Shown here piece after piece: positions 12,760 to 26,663 of a stretch of 64,000 bases of DNA. Both the position numbers and the translations under genes were made by a program. The DNA is from Camelus dromedarius (lineage: Eukaryota): the NCBI RefSeq assembly GCF_036321535.1, contig NC_087472.1, positions 101,062,001 through 101,126,000 on the forward strand. Direction: 5' to 3'. A model generated the notes under the pieces. That model made no database searches. It was not told the origin of the DNA and saw nothing but the letters and a program-made list of their open reading frames with translations. Within the stretch, counting starts at the first letter, position 1, and every line of letters begins with the position of its first letter.

Positions 12760-13700
12760 GTTTTCCCATTTACTAAGAATGAAAATTCTCCAGGATGTAT
12801 TAAATAAAAAAAAAAACCAAATACATATGTATAATGCCATTAAGTTAAAACAAAACAAGTATGTATTTCTATATGTAACTATTGATGCATGTGTATAATT
12901 CCATAGAAAAGATCTGAAAGGCTACACAGTGTATCGAATCTGTAATAGTAATTATTTATGGAAAGGGGTGTAGGGTGGTAAAGGAAGTGGTAATGGGGAC
13001 TTGATTTTATCTGTGGCCTTTTTTAAAAAAAACAAGAATGTATTTGTATTTTACATTAGTATCTCTAGATTAATTAACAGTTTCAGTTTGAAAAGAGATT
13101 ATCCTTCATATTTTACTTTCTTGACTACTTTTTCATGATATCTTGTGATTGTATTCCCATGTGAAATATATCTCTACAAATTCAGTTTTATTTCTGTTTT
13201 ATATTCCATCATATGGTTATATCGTAATTTATTTAACCAAACTTCTATTTTGTTTGACATTTATAACATTTCAAGATTTATGTTACTAAACTAGATGATA
13301 TGAAGACTATATTTTTGCATACTTCTCTAGTTATTTACATAGAATAAGTTTGCTGAGTAGGGGGGTATGTTTCTCAGGCTGACAAATTGTCATTCAGAAA
13401 GGTGTACTCATTTCCACTCCCCTCAGAGGTGGGTGAAAATGTTTTTTTCCTTCTCCAGTCAATTTTGGTCATTATCTTATTTTTGCTAATTTTAAAAATG
13501 TTATTAAAAAATTTTTTTTTCCTAGATTACGAGTGAGGTTAAATCTTTTTCTTTCCATGTATTTTGGCCAATAGTATATCTTTATCATTTTCCTGCTAAT
13601 TACCTTTTCCCACTTTTTTCTTAGAGTGTTCCTTAACTTGTTGTTCTGTTTGAGTGCTTCGTTTATTGCACATATCAACCCTTTGTCAGAAAAGTAAAAA
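12760..13700. mobile_element. Degenerate ancient L1M 3' fragments in both orientations
   Basis: Weak L1ME/MC-like 3'UTR phrases such as tattccatcatatggttatat...aatttatttaacca. Confidence 0.45.
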
Positions 13701-13795
13701 CTTTTCCTCAGTGCTTTGCTTTTTAATGTTATTTAGGGTCTTTTTAGAAAACGTACAGAAATATTAAACTTATCCACTTGAATGTTTAATAATTT

Positions 13796-15638
13796 TTTAA
13801 ACGTTTTTTATTGAGTTATAGTCATTTTACAATGTTGTGTCAAATTCCAGTGTAGAGCACAATTTTTCAGTTATACATGAGCATACATATATTCATTGTC
13901 ACATTTTTTTTCGCTGTGAGCTACCACAAGATCTTGTATATATTTCCCTGTGCTATGCAGTATAATCTTGTTTATTCCACATATATCTGTCAGTATCTAC
14001 AAATTTTGAACTCCCAGTCTATCCCTTCCCACCCACCTCCCCCTTGGCAACCGCAAGTTTGTATTCTAATGGTATTTTCTTTCTCTTTCTGGCTTACTTC
14101 ACTTAGAATGACATTCTCCAGGGACATCCATGTTGCTGCAAATGGCATTCTGTTGTCATTTTTTATGGCTGAATAGAATTCCATTGTATAAATATACCAC
14201 ATCTTCTTTATCCAGTCATCTGTCGATGGACATTTAGGCTGTTTCCATGTCTTGGCTATTGTAAATAGTGCTGCTGTGAACACTGGGGTGCAGGTGTCTT
14301 TTTAAAGTAGGGTTCCTTCTGGATAGATGCCCAGGAGCGGGATTCCTGGGTCATATGGTAAGTCTATTCCTAATCTTTTGAGGAATCTCAATGCTGTTTT
14401 CCACACTGGCTGCACCAAACTGCATTCCCACCAGCAGCGTAGGAGGGTTCCCTTTTTTCCAGAGCCTCTCCAGCATTTGTCATTTGTGAACTTTTGAATG
14501 ATGGTCATTCTGACTGGTGTGAGGTGATACCTCACTGTAGTTTTGATTTGCACTTCTCTGATAATTAGTGATATTGAGCATTTTTTCATGTGCCTGTTGA
14601 TCATTTGTATGTCTTCCTTGGAGAATTGCTTGTTTAGGTCTTCTGCCCATTTTTGGATTGAGTTGTTTGTTTTTTTCTTATTAAGTTGTATGAGCTGCTT
14701 ATATATTCTGGAGATGAAGCCTTTGTCAGTTTCATTTGCAAAAATTTTCTCCCATTCCGTAGGTTGTCTTTTTGTTTTACTTATGGTTTCCTTTGCTGTG
14801 CAGAAGCTTGTAAGTTTAATTAGGTCCCATTTGTTTATTCTTGCTTTTATTTCTGTTGCTTGGGTAGATTGCCCTAGGAGAACATTTTTGAGATGTATGT
14901 CAGATAATGTTTTGCCTATATTTTCTTTTAGGAGGTTTATTGTATCTTGTCTTATGTTTAAGTCTTTGATCCATTTTGAGTTTACTTTTGTGTATGGTGT
15001 AAGGGAGTGTTCTAGCTTCATTGTTTTACATGCTGCTGTCCAGTTATCCCAACACCATTTGCTGAAGAGACTGTCTTTATTTGATTGTATATCCTTGCCT
15101 CCTTTATCAAAGATTAGTTGACCAATGTTTGTGGGTTCATTTCTGGGCTCTCTATTCTGTTCTGTTGGTCCATATGTCTGTTTTTGTCCCAATACCATGC
15201 TGTCTTGATGACTATAGCTCTATAGTATTGTCTGAAGTCTGGGAGAGTTATTCCTCCAGCCTTTCTTTTTCTTCAGTAATGCTTTGGCAATTCTAGGTCT
15301 TTTGTGGTTCCATATAAATTTTATTATGATTTGTTCTAGTTCTGTGAACTATGTCCTGGGTAATTTGATAGGGATTGCATTAAATCTGTAGATTGCCTTG
15401 AGCAGTATGGCCATTTTAACAATATTGATTCTTCTAATCCAGGAGCATGGGATATGTTTCCATTTTTTAAAGTCTTCTTTAATTTCCTTAATCAGTGTTT
15501 TATAGTTTTCCGTGTATAAGTCTTTCACCTCCTTGGTTAGGTTTATTCCTAGATATTTTATTACTTTGGGTGCTATTTTAAAGGGGATTGTTTGTTTACT
15601 TTCTTTTTCTGTAGATTCATCGTTAGTGTAAAGAAATG
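13796..15638 (-). mobile_element. 5'-truncated young L1 closely related to the full-length copy
   Basis: ORF2 C-terminal peptides. Perfect 16-bp TSD gaatgtttaataattt at 13780-13795 and 15639-15654, the right copy followed by AA (TTT/AA endonuclease site). Confidence 0.95.
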
Positions 15639-18600
15639 GAATGTTTAATAATTTAAGGGCCTTAAAGTTAAATAATTTCAAAAGGCACAAATAATATTAA
15701 ATTAATTGAATGTCATAAATTTAAAAGATCTGTATTGTTTTAATTTGTTTTGACTATTTCTTAAACAAATTGGAAATGTTTGCTTTTCAACCTTTGCTTT
15801 TCAACATTTTTATAGGATACAGTACTTAAAACGTTTTCAAATAAGGACTAAAGACAATTTGCTTGTATATTTTCTTAAAGAAATGTAGTGAGGCATCCAT
15901 GGATGCTACTTTATTTGACTTTACATTAAAACCTTCTTTAAGCTTTATGGTTTTCTTTTCAAAAATAGTAATTAAATTTAATTTCCTTTAAAACTTTTTC
16001 TAACAGTTTTTCCCCCAGTATTAACATTTCTGTAATCAGAAACAGCCAAGTTCTTATCAGGTTTATCATTGGTAGAAAAAAACTATTGAGAAACATAACC
16101 AGCAGAAATTTAAGCAAACCGTGTGGCTTTTTTCCCCTTGTTTATTTAGGTTTTCCTGTCTTGTCTCCTGTTAATGACTCTTAAGTCTTTCAAAGCTCTT
16201 TACTTCTGCTTCGTGCTGTCACAGCTCATCAGATTTATTCTGGAGACCTGTACAGGGTGTCTGGTGAGAAAGAGTGTGTGTGCTGCTATGTCATTGGCAA
16301 CTTAAGGCTGAATCAAGTAAACTAAAACAAGGTCCGTTGTAGATTTTCTTCTTGCAGAATTTACTTGCTCTTGCTGTCCTTTGTTTCAATTTGTCCCCCT
16401 CCACTTTGTAGCTTATATATATAGTTTTCTCTAAAAAAGTGATAGAAATTTAGGAATGCCCTGTAAACTGTTGGTTTCTTCTCATATTGCCCCTTCCTTT
16501 GTCTTCGGCATATATAGTTATAGAAATTTATGGCCAGTCATTTCATTAAAGTTCAAATATTTAATACACAAAGGAGCAAGACTTGGAATCCAGCAATTTA
16601 GAATCATTATTGGGACAACTATTATTTTAAAGGCTATTTATGATTTAAAAAAATTTTTTCTTTTTCCTGTCTTTATTTGGGAAAGTTTGTTAACAAATAG
16701 GTTACTGTTTCACTTTATAAACACAATAAATGTAGGTTTTTAGTCTTCTCAGAAATTGGGGAAATTCAGAAGGAGATTCTTCTCAAAAGTTTGATCCAGT
16801 ATTAATTTTTTTCTAGTATTGTGGGATATTCAAAAATTTTTATTTTGTTTTATAAATTGCTACATTGTAAACCACTTACCTGGCTTTAAGGGTACTTAAA
16901 TACTTTTAAAGTTAACTATATAATTAAACTTTAAATTTATGTAATTTCTAAAACATTGATGAATTAGTTTTATTTGACTTAGCTTCAGATTTATGCATCA
17001 TTGATTATAAATTAATGACCCACACTGATGTGAAGTGTAGTCTTGTAGTCTAATTCTTTAAGCAATTGTGACCGTACAGACCAGGAAAGAGGGCAGCAAA
17101 CTTCCAGATGCTTTGAGTATAAAGTTGCAGGATCCCAAGGGTATAGAGGAATTCCCCTAGTCCAAAGGGAAATGCGGAGGAGGGGAAAACCTAGAATCAG
17201 GAAGGTGTAGCCAAGCATTCCTGTGTAGTGGCACCATATGCTATCAGTGGTCAACTTAACTCTTTTCTTAATAAAATCCTCCTGTTTATTTGGGTTCCCC
17301 ATCCCCTGCCTCTCATGGAAATAGCTTTAATTTTCAAGTGGAACTTAATGGTAATATGACATTTCCTTCACAACTTTGTAAAACATTTTTGATAATGAAT
17401 AATTGGTAGAACTATCATGTTAGGTTTTCTTTGTTTAGTAATTCAGACATAAATTGTATGAATAGGAACTTTCTTCTAAAGATTAAAGTAAAAAATAGAT
17501 TTTAAATATAATTATCTTGGACACTGTTAGCTGCTTCTTTGAATGCTGGTTTATGTTGTGTGTGTATGCATGCATGTGTATGGTTTAGTTTTTAATTAAA
17601 ATTTTAAGGGAGTGGGTTTTAAAATCTAAACTTTTGATCTTTTTAAAAATGTAACTAGTCATTTTATATTATAGTCCTATTTGGTAAAGCCCTTCCTATG
17701 TAATATTTTTCTTTTGAACTGTTTCAAAGTTAGTCTTTTGAGAAGTATTTCAAAGTTCCCAGTGAGCAAAGTAGCTGCTCCCCACCCCCACCTCATTCTC
17801 ATTTAAAAAAAAACAAAACAAACCAGAAATTATGGCTGCTTTTGCTCTTTGTAACCAGAGGACGTAACCAGAGGACTATGTGGTTTCTATAATTTGTGCT
17901 TCATCTCTCTTTAAATATTAAAATTAAAATTTTATAGTTTTTCAGACGTATATTTACAAACCTTTTCCTTTTATACGACTGTGTGTTTAGTAAACACCAC
18001 ATAAAGCAGCACTTTTCCTTTATGTTACAGTGGGTTAGATGTAGCAGAGGTACATAAAATTAAGGCGGTATAAAAAGTTCAATGTATATCAGTCCTATCA
18101 GAAAACTTCTGAATAAACACTCAAGTATTTGTTTAGATTTTTGCCCTTAATGTAGCTTATAATAAAATACAGACTAATATGCTTAGCATATTTAGTACTT
18201 TTCTTGCTTGGTATAAATGAAGTAGTTAGAAATGCTCTCAACCCAAATTATTCACTCAAAAGCCAAGAAATTTAAAACAGCTGATATTTACAGCTTGGAA
18301 CAAATGTTTTACTTGTGCAAATGAGTCAGCTATTATGATGCAAAGAAGTATCTGGAAGAAAAAAAAAAAACAAATGTCCTTTCTCTGTTTTAAGTATTTC
18401 AGCTAAATACTACAGTAATTGCAAGCAGAACCTGGAGCTTCTTTCTTGTTTCTGTTCTATGATATATTTTAACAAGTTCTCTTGAGACTATTAAAATGTC
18501 TTGGTTTTTAGGACATGTAGTCCAGCGGGGATAACTTTGTCAACAGATACAGTGGGTTGGCAGTTAGATTTCGCATGTCTTCTCATTTCTTTCCAGATTC

Positions 18601-20875
18601 TCTGACCCAGGGTAACCTTTGGTTCTTCTCTGAAGGCTGGAGTGAAGGAAGTTTGAGCAGGTGACTGATGATGACTGACTATACAGCTCACAGACAATGT
18701 GAATTACTTTAGCAGTCCTTTTAGTCCCCTCCTCCCACTCCCTCCCCTCCAAACCAACAAATGCAAATCGCTTCATCCCCATTTGCTAGAAATTCAGGCT
18801 TGCTTGGGCAACATGGGTTTTGTTGTTAACTTGCTTTCTCCAGAAAGGCAGTTTTATTCCTGGTAAAGGAGAAAGGCTCTCAGGTGGAACCTAAATCACC
18901 CTCATGGTAAATACAGCAACAGCTTGTTTCTCTGAAATATTTCTAAAGGTAGGAATTACCCCAAAAGTTTCTTTATATTGCAGTTGAAATGTGGTTAAAG
19001 AAATTAATTGTCTGCTTTGTTAGCTTTTGTATACTAAATATCGCAGTCATTTCTTTTATCTCAAAAAATCCTCTATTTTGTTTTAAATATTACTTGTTGA
19101 AATTGTGGGCACTATTATTTGATTAGTCACTTCTAAAAATTGTTTTATGGTACAAGGGAAAAGTCAGATTTTGGTTATTTCCACCATAAAAATGGCTTAA
19201 AAAAAGGAACAACCCTATTATTTTAAGTCAGACTCGATCATTTAAATCTCCAATTTATAATGAAAAGTGTTGCCAAATTTTTTTTATAGCTTTGAGGAAT
19301 ATTACATGATTTTTCACTGGTATTACATGAGACTTATTAAAAGGATTTTTATGGTATAGAAATGTGGATAACGTATCTTACTAATTAAATATAGTGTCAA
19401 TACATTTAATGCATTTTGTGGAAATTATAGTGGTGACTGCTATGATTTTTTTAGGAGTATAATCGAAGTCACTGTACAGACGTCATTCAGTAAGACAAAA
19501 TATGCTATCATTTAAAAATTGAGTGGTTTTTAAAAGCTCAGTCTTATTAGATGAATTATGAATTGTCCTGAAACTGCTGATGTGCTTTTTTTTCCTGTGA
19601 ACTTTCTTCTGAAAATATTAAAGGTTTTGGAAACTATCACCTTCTTTAATAATGTCATTATAACCAAAATCTTGGTTTCTTTTGAAGTGAGCAGACAAGA
19701 GGAGCAATTGTGAAATTAAAATAGTCTTCATGGGAAGCAAACCCTATCAAACTGGAGGGAGTGGTTTGCAAAGCATCTGTGATCCACAAGTAGAAAACAA
19801 ATATATTTTTAAAACAACACTGTTAAAGCTCTTCTAAATTCTCATTGCGGTTTCTAGCTTGTTCTTAAACTTCTATGATTTCCTTTCTAGACTAAATACT
19901 TATGAGATATAATTATATAACAGGGTAGAAAAACCATGTAAATTCTACTAAATTAGATTTTTTTATTTTAGTTTTGCATGTATGACAAGAAAAAAGGCAT
20001 TGTCACTTGGGTATGGAGATAAACAACTTTAATTGTACTTTATTATTTTGTTTAAGTTAGAGAGCTATCCTTTAACCTTTCAGTTGTGTTTGGGAAATTT
20101 TTCCCAGTAACAGTTTAATAAGTTTTCAATAACCTTAAGATACAGTATTTTATACAGATTAACTTATGTTTTTTAAGGTAGGTGTATGAAGAGTTTCTTC
20201 TCTCTTTAATGTGTTCATCTTAGATCTCCAAGCCCCCTTTTGAGATGAGGGAAGGAGGAGTGAATTAAAGACAGATCCTTTCAGTATATTTGGTTTTGGT
20301 TTAGTTGTCCAGACATAATTTTTGAAGGCTACTGGAACAGACATAGCAGCACATCCCAAATGGGAATCCTCTGTCAGACCCCAAAAGCAAGTTCTTTTAA
20401 ATGAGATCTTTATTTGCTGAGTGAATGATTTACTTCTTTTTATGTGAGAGTTACCTTTTATTATATGTTTAAGGTATTTTTAATACTGTAAGACTGTGGT
20501 TCTTGGTGTTGAGGAAAAAACCTATGTGGGTCATGAAGGAGAATCAGGAAGGACAATGGAGGAGCTAGGCAAGAGGGCTGGGTTTGTTAACACTATTGCA
20601 CTCTCACCATGCCAAACAAAGTGTTTCTGCTTGGTAAATGAGCAGGAAACTGAGCAGAACCCTCAGATTAGAATAGGTAACTGGGTGCAAGATTAGCTAC
20701 CACTAAAAATTAAGAGATCTTCTTTTCCTTTGTAACTTCTCCAGTGTTTGCCATTTTTTCCCTTGTAGTGATTAGTTGTAAAACAAACCTTTTAAAATGA
20801 AGAGGGAGTTCAAAAAAGGACTTTTATGTTTGTTTCGGGCACAGTAGGAAAGTAAGAGAGTGAAAAAGCAGTATG

Positions 20876-21060
20876 CAGGGAGGGTATAGTTAAAGTGGTA
20901 AAGCGCATGCTTATTAGCATGCATGAGGTCCTATGTTCAATCCCCAGTACCTCCATCTAAATAAATAAAGAAACAAATAAAGAAAGAAATAAACCAACCT
21001 AATTGCCTCTCCCCAAAACAATAAATAAATTAATGTACATATAATAAAATAAATATTTTT
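20876..21060 (+). mobile_element. tRNA-derived SINE with extended A-rich tail
   Basis: Same head as the 2869 copy. TSD aaaaagca(g/a)tatg at 20863-20875 and 21061-21073. Confidence 0.85.
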
Positions 21061-22489
21061 AAAAAGCAATATGGTAAGTGATGATAAAAGGAAGAATGAT
21101 AAGCAGAGACCTGTGGGAAGCAGAATTGAGGTGTGGGGGGTGTCTGATATCTGATCAGAGAGTGCTCCTGTTATTATGAACGGTAGGCTATGTGTCTCTG
21201 ACGGTCAACTGCTTGGGCAATAGAGATGCTTTTATGATTATGTTATGTTGAGTCGGCTTCTCTGAAAGATTTCTGTCTTGGTACTGAGGGGATCTGCCCT
21301 TTAATTCTGAAACTGCTGATTCTAAGTTCACTGAAGGTATGCAGTAAGCCTCTGTCGGTTTTTCTAATGTTATTTTTAGTGGATTCATGTATGCTAGTCT
21401 TAAAGTTGTATGGCTTTTTACATAATAGACTATTGTAATGCTTATGTTGAAAAGTTGTTTTCTTTAGAGACATCTAAATATTTAGAGTGACTGGTTCTGT
21501 TGTTACTCAGAAAAGTGACTAGGTTGTTTATCTTTGGGGGCATTTTATATTTTCAGTGACAATTGGTATTGTAGAATATTTAGAAAACAAGAATAAGTGA
21601 TGAGTAAAATAAAAAAACTGCTTGTATTCCTGCCATCTGGATATAATCACTGTTAACATTTTGTTAGATAAGCCTTAGGAAACTTAAAAAATCAGAAATG
21701 TTCATTGCCAATAGTCATTGAGACTAACTGACGACATCTTCAAAAGCATATGTTGTATTCTGTTCCATGTGTATAGAATTGTATAGATTTGGTCCCATCT
21801 ACTTAAGTAGTCTTACTCTGTTATTCTAATAATGTATAGATAAATATAAAATGTGTTATGATTGTAAATATTTGAATTGGAGAAAATCCACAAGAAAATT
21901 AGAAGAATAAAGAAAGACTGTCAGAAGATATTCCTCTAATATTTGATTCAATTTTTTTCTTAAGGGTCTATTTTCAGCCAAGGGAATTGAAAAAACTAAA
22001 GCACCTAAACACTGGATTATTAAGGCCATGTTGTTAATTTGTTTCCAGTATTACTTTAAATATTTTTCTTTGTTGTTTACATGTAAGTGCCCTCAAATTT
22101 GAACATGAAAAAAATGTTTAACTAAACTACTTAATTCTGCATTTTGTTCATTAAGTTTATGGAAGAAAATATTTTAATTAAAAAACCATATCTTTTCATT
22201 TTTTTCCCTCACTAATTAAAAACAGTACCCAGGTTAAGCGAAGAACATGGGCTTCTGGGTGAGACAGACCTGAATTTGAATCCCATTTCTACCACTTCTA
22301 GACTAGATGTGTGATACTGGATTCAGTGTTACTTATCTTGTTGAGCCTCTATATCTTTATATGTAAAATTGTGATGATAATACTTGCTTTACAAAATTGT
22401 AAAGGTAAATTTTAATAATATGTAAAGTCTCTGGCTCATTTGAAGTATACAAATTTCTCTTCTTTTTTCTCCCCAGGGCAGTTTTTTTT

Positions 22490-23238
22490 GTTGTTTTTTT
22501 TTTTTTTTTAGTGATGTGAAATTCACATAATATAAAATTAACCATTTAATAATGCACAATTTTGAGGGCACTTAGTACATTCACAGTGTTGTGCAACTAC
22601 CACCTCTGTCTAGTTCCAAAACATTTTCATCACTCTAAAAGGAAACCCTGTACCCATTAAACAGTTACGCTCTACTCCCTCTTCTGGTAACCACCAATCT
22701 GTATTCTTGTTACTATGAATTTGTCTATTCCAGATATTTCATGTAAAAAGAAACATATACTATATGATTTTGTATCTAGCTTCTTTCACTTAGCATAATG
22801 TCTTCAAAGTTCATCCATGTCATAGCGTATATCAGTTATTCCTTTTTTGGCGGAATAATATTCCATTGTATGTGTATACCACAAATTTGTTTATCTGTTT
22901 ATCCATTGATGGACATTTGGGCTGTTCCCACCTTTTGGCTACCGTTAATAGTACTGCTATGAACATGCCCATACATGTATTTGTTTGAGTCCCTGTTTTC
23001 ATTTCTTTTGACTGTACAGCTAGGAGTGGAATTGCTGGTTCATATGTTGATTATATGTTTAACTTTTTCAGGAATGTCCAAACTTTTCCATAGAGCTGCA
23101 CAACTTTACATTCCCACCAGCAATGTATGAAGGTTACAATTTCTCCATATCTTTGCCAACACTTGTTATTTTCCTTTTTAAAAAATTATAGCCATCTTAG
23201 TGGATGTGAAGTGGTACCTCATTGTGGTTTTGATTTAC
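22490..23238 (-). mobile_element. L1MB-like 3' end
   Basis: T tail followed by ttagtacattcacagtgttgtgcaactaccacc...ttttacattcccaccagcaatgtatg. Confidence 0.8.
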
Positions 23239-23419
23239 AGTCCTTACTTCATTTTTGAATGGAGTGTATTCTAGAGGGTGATTTTTAAGTTGGTTGATTA
23301 GTATTTGAAGCATACTTAAGAAAACTGATGTGATTAAGCCATGATCATCTGTTAAATGTGAAACCTACCTGAATTATTTCTGTAGGAATATAAGATCAGA
23401 GACAAAATTTGAATATTAA

Positions 23420-24640
23420 ACATTTATTCATTTAACAAATATTTATTGGATTCCCATTATGTGGCAGACCCTAGACCAGATGTTGGAGATATAACAATGG
23501 AACTTACATAGTTATTTACCCTAAAGGAACTCACAGTGTGGCAGGACAGATAGATGTGTAAGTAAAGATAAGCTGCTATAAGATCTTGGCCAATAGAGAT
23601 AAATGCAGTATGTGTGGTATATGAACATTAAGATCCTATGATTTGCCTTGGAGCTTAGTGCTAGAATTTTACAAAGCAGAGTTTCAAATAACGTATGGTA
23701 GTTAAGCTGTTCACAAGGGAGGGAAGGCCTTTCTTGGGTCAGCCTCTGCAAAGGCAGTAAGGGTCAGAAAGTTTGAGGATCTAAAGCAGATGATTATTGC
23801 TGAGTCTGTAATGGTACTTGGAGAAGAGATGAAAAGAGGCTCTGAAGATGTGTAGAGGGCCTTGGGATACCAGGCAAAGGAGTTCAGATTTTAGCATATG
23901 GGTAATGTGGCATCACTGAAGATTTTCAAGTGGAAAAGTGACATACAATTTGTTAGAAAGATCATGCTGATGCACTATAGAATATGGATTGGAAAGGGCA
24001 GCTAGGAATGGCAATTAAGAGGCTTGTATTATAGCTTACATGAGAAGTAACGAGGTCTTGGACCACGTCATTGACAGCCATAAAGAAGAACACAACTGGG
24101 AAATACGTAAAGGAGGTAGGCTTGGTTAGACATGTGGAGGGAGGAATGGTACAAAGATGACTTCAAGATTTCTGACTTCTGGTAATCAGGTGAAAAAAAG
24201 GTAATGGCATTCATCAAGATACAGCATATAGGATAAGCATGATGATTCTGCTTTTGGACATGTTGAGTTTGAGATGCTTATTTAGATTAGCTAGCTATTG
24301 AAAACACAGCTCTGGAACTTGAGACAGGCCTGTAGGGGGTGGAATTGGGGGAGGTAGGCATGTGAATTCTTGAGTGAGCAAGAGAACATGAGAGCAAGAA
24401 GTCTGAGAATCATTATGTATAGGCGGTAGCTGAGATCAAGAGTGAACTAAAGCACTCAAAACTGAGATGAGGGTAGGGAGAAGACAGCTAGTCCTCAGAG
24501 ACACCATAGGAAAAGTGACAGAGAGTAGGAAGAAAAAAAGGAGGGAGTGGTTGTGCAAAACCCAGGGAGAAGGGAGAATTTTAAAATTAAATGTTTGGTG
24601 CTTACTGGAAGTCAAATAAGATTAGAAGCATCATTCTCAA
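23420..24640 (-). mobile_element. LINE-2 (a + strand L2 relic also lies at about 60440-60870)
   Basis: cattcatttaacaaatatttattg terminus and ttttggacatgttgagtttgagatgc core. Confidence 0.7.
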
Positions 24641-26141
24641 TGGCTGCTGTTAGGAGATTGTGGGTGATGTTAGCACCCAGAGGTTCCCTAAAAAGAGGTG
24701 CCTGGAAGTGTGCAGAGAGTTGAAAAATGAGAAAATGATAGTAATAGTGAACATGGGCTAAAAAGTGAACATTGGTCATAAAAGGAAGGAGTGAAGGTGT
24801 TAGTTAGAATGTAGACAAATAAGAGTTCCATCTTTGGAGGAAACTTTTTCTTCCATTTGTTAGGCATTGACAGCAGATTTTCCCCAACATCCAATCCATT
24901 GATGAAAGAGGGCATGGGGCACCCTCAGAGCCTGGGAAGGGAGAGTGAGAATAGACACAGGGATGGTGATGGTGGTGGTGCTGCTAATAATAGCAGCTAA
25001 TAACATTAATTGAGTGTATACCACATGCCACATGCAGAATTTAAATAATTTGCCCGAGCTATTCTTTCTCATAGCTATTATGTGGTAAAGCTGGATTTGA
25101 ACCTAATTAATCTGAAACCCAGTGTCTTTGCACTAGATAGTAAGAACGGGAGGGAGCAGGTATGAAGAGCAGTTGGTACCAGAGTCCTGTGTCCATCTGA
25201 TCTCTTCCCCACTTCATCTGAGAAAATTCATAGTCCTCAGCTGGCTTCCAAAATGCCTGCTGTGAAAAGTGGTAGGAACATGCTTCCTTGTTTCTTTTTC
25301 TACTAGTAACTATCCCTTGTGGTTTCCTTCAATTTTTCTTAGCTTATTTGAGGTTTTCTAACATGATTTTGTATTGCTAAAAATAAGGAAATATATACAT
25401 TTAAAAGATTATCACTATGCCTATGAAAAGGTAAAGTCACTGTTATGTAACAATGATAGTCTTTGGGTATTCATAAAGCTAGTTTCAGAGGTAAAGCAAA
25501 CTGTCTGTTATGAACATTTAATTTCTAAAGCAAGGTTTCTGGGGTGGGATTGTGGGTTCTTTCATACAGGTTGGGGAAGAGGAGAAAAGAAGTGTGGCAG
25601 TGTCTGAAGATACCAGTCAAGGAAGTCAGAGCTATGGTGTGGGATGGTAGCAAGAATGAATGAAGGAAGTTCAGAGGGTTTACATTTGACTCAGCCTCCC
25701 CTTTGCTCTTATTTCTGTCCATGACCGATCAGTATGTAGCAACGTGAGCTCTGTTGAACAGGGAGCAAAGTTCCAGATAGAGACATTAGGTACCTTGACT
25801 GAGTTTCTGTGAATATCAAGTCTCAAGGCTGGATAGTTTAGGTGTAACTGTCTCTATCGATATCTCCATGTTTTTTAAAATGGAGGGTTTTAGTATTTCT
25901 TTGGTTTTATAGTTACCACTATGAAAGATCCTTAGTATAAATGATATTTTCATTGTATATGGAGTTTTAAAAATAAGGATGATGACTTGCAAAGAATTTC
26001 TAACTCTGCAAAAGGTTCCAGTGTCAGATGTTTACAATGACAGATTTTTTTTCTTTTTTACTCAGTTTTGGTTTTTCAAACCATATTTTGCTTTTCTGTT
26101 TTTGGCTGTTCATATTTGGTTTTGTCTGTTTCTTTTTTTTT

Positions 26142-26430
26142 CCAGCAAAGATGGGTTTATTCAGAATCAGCAGAGAATCGCAATTTGGGGTCTGTAACCA
26201 CGATAAGCCAAGTGCAAGTTCTCCTGTACAGCAAGGGAAGGAGAATGCTTTTATAGAGAGAAAAAGGAAGTTGAGAGGGCTGTAGTGAACAACGAGTCTG
26301 TAAGCCTTCCACTGGCTGAGTCCTTGCCAGGAAAGAAGAGGAGTCTTTCTTCTTCCATTTGGGCTCTGCAACCCTCTCAGGGCATGAGCGCTCCCCTTTG
26401 TGGTCTCCCACCTCTACTTAATTGTGGTTT
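26142..26430 (-). mobile_element. ERV LTR fragment
   Basis: On the minus strand a TATA box (ctataaaagc, about 26257-26248) lies about 90 nt upstream of AATAAA (26161-26156), the usual U3-R layout. Confidence 0.55.
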
Positions 26431-26529
26431 GAGTTTATCAACTTGAAGTTTAAAATATATTCATATAATAATATAAAGTATTGTAATTATTTACAAGAGA
26501 AATCATTTGATCAAATTCTAGAGATCTAG

Positions 26530-26663
26530 GGGGGAGGGTATAGCTCAAGTGGCAGAGCACGTGCTTAGCATACACAAGGTCCTGGGTTCAATCCCCAGTA
26601 CCTCCACTGAAAAAGTAAATAAATAAATAAAACTAATTATCTCCCCCTTGCAAAAAAAAAAAA
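26530..26663 (+). mobile_element. tRNA-derived SINE
   Basis: A and B boxes plus poly(A). TSD aaattct(ag/gc)agatctag at 26513-26529 and 26664-26680. Confidence 0.88.

Noticed and set aside
18660..21340. Possible intronic C/D snoRNAs (TGATGA and CTGA motifs)
   Set aside because: No properly spaced C and D boxes with a terminal stem or a recognisable guide sequence were found.
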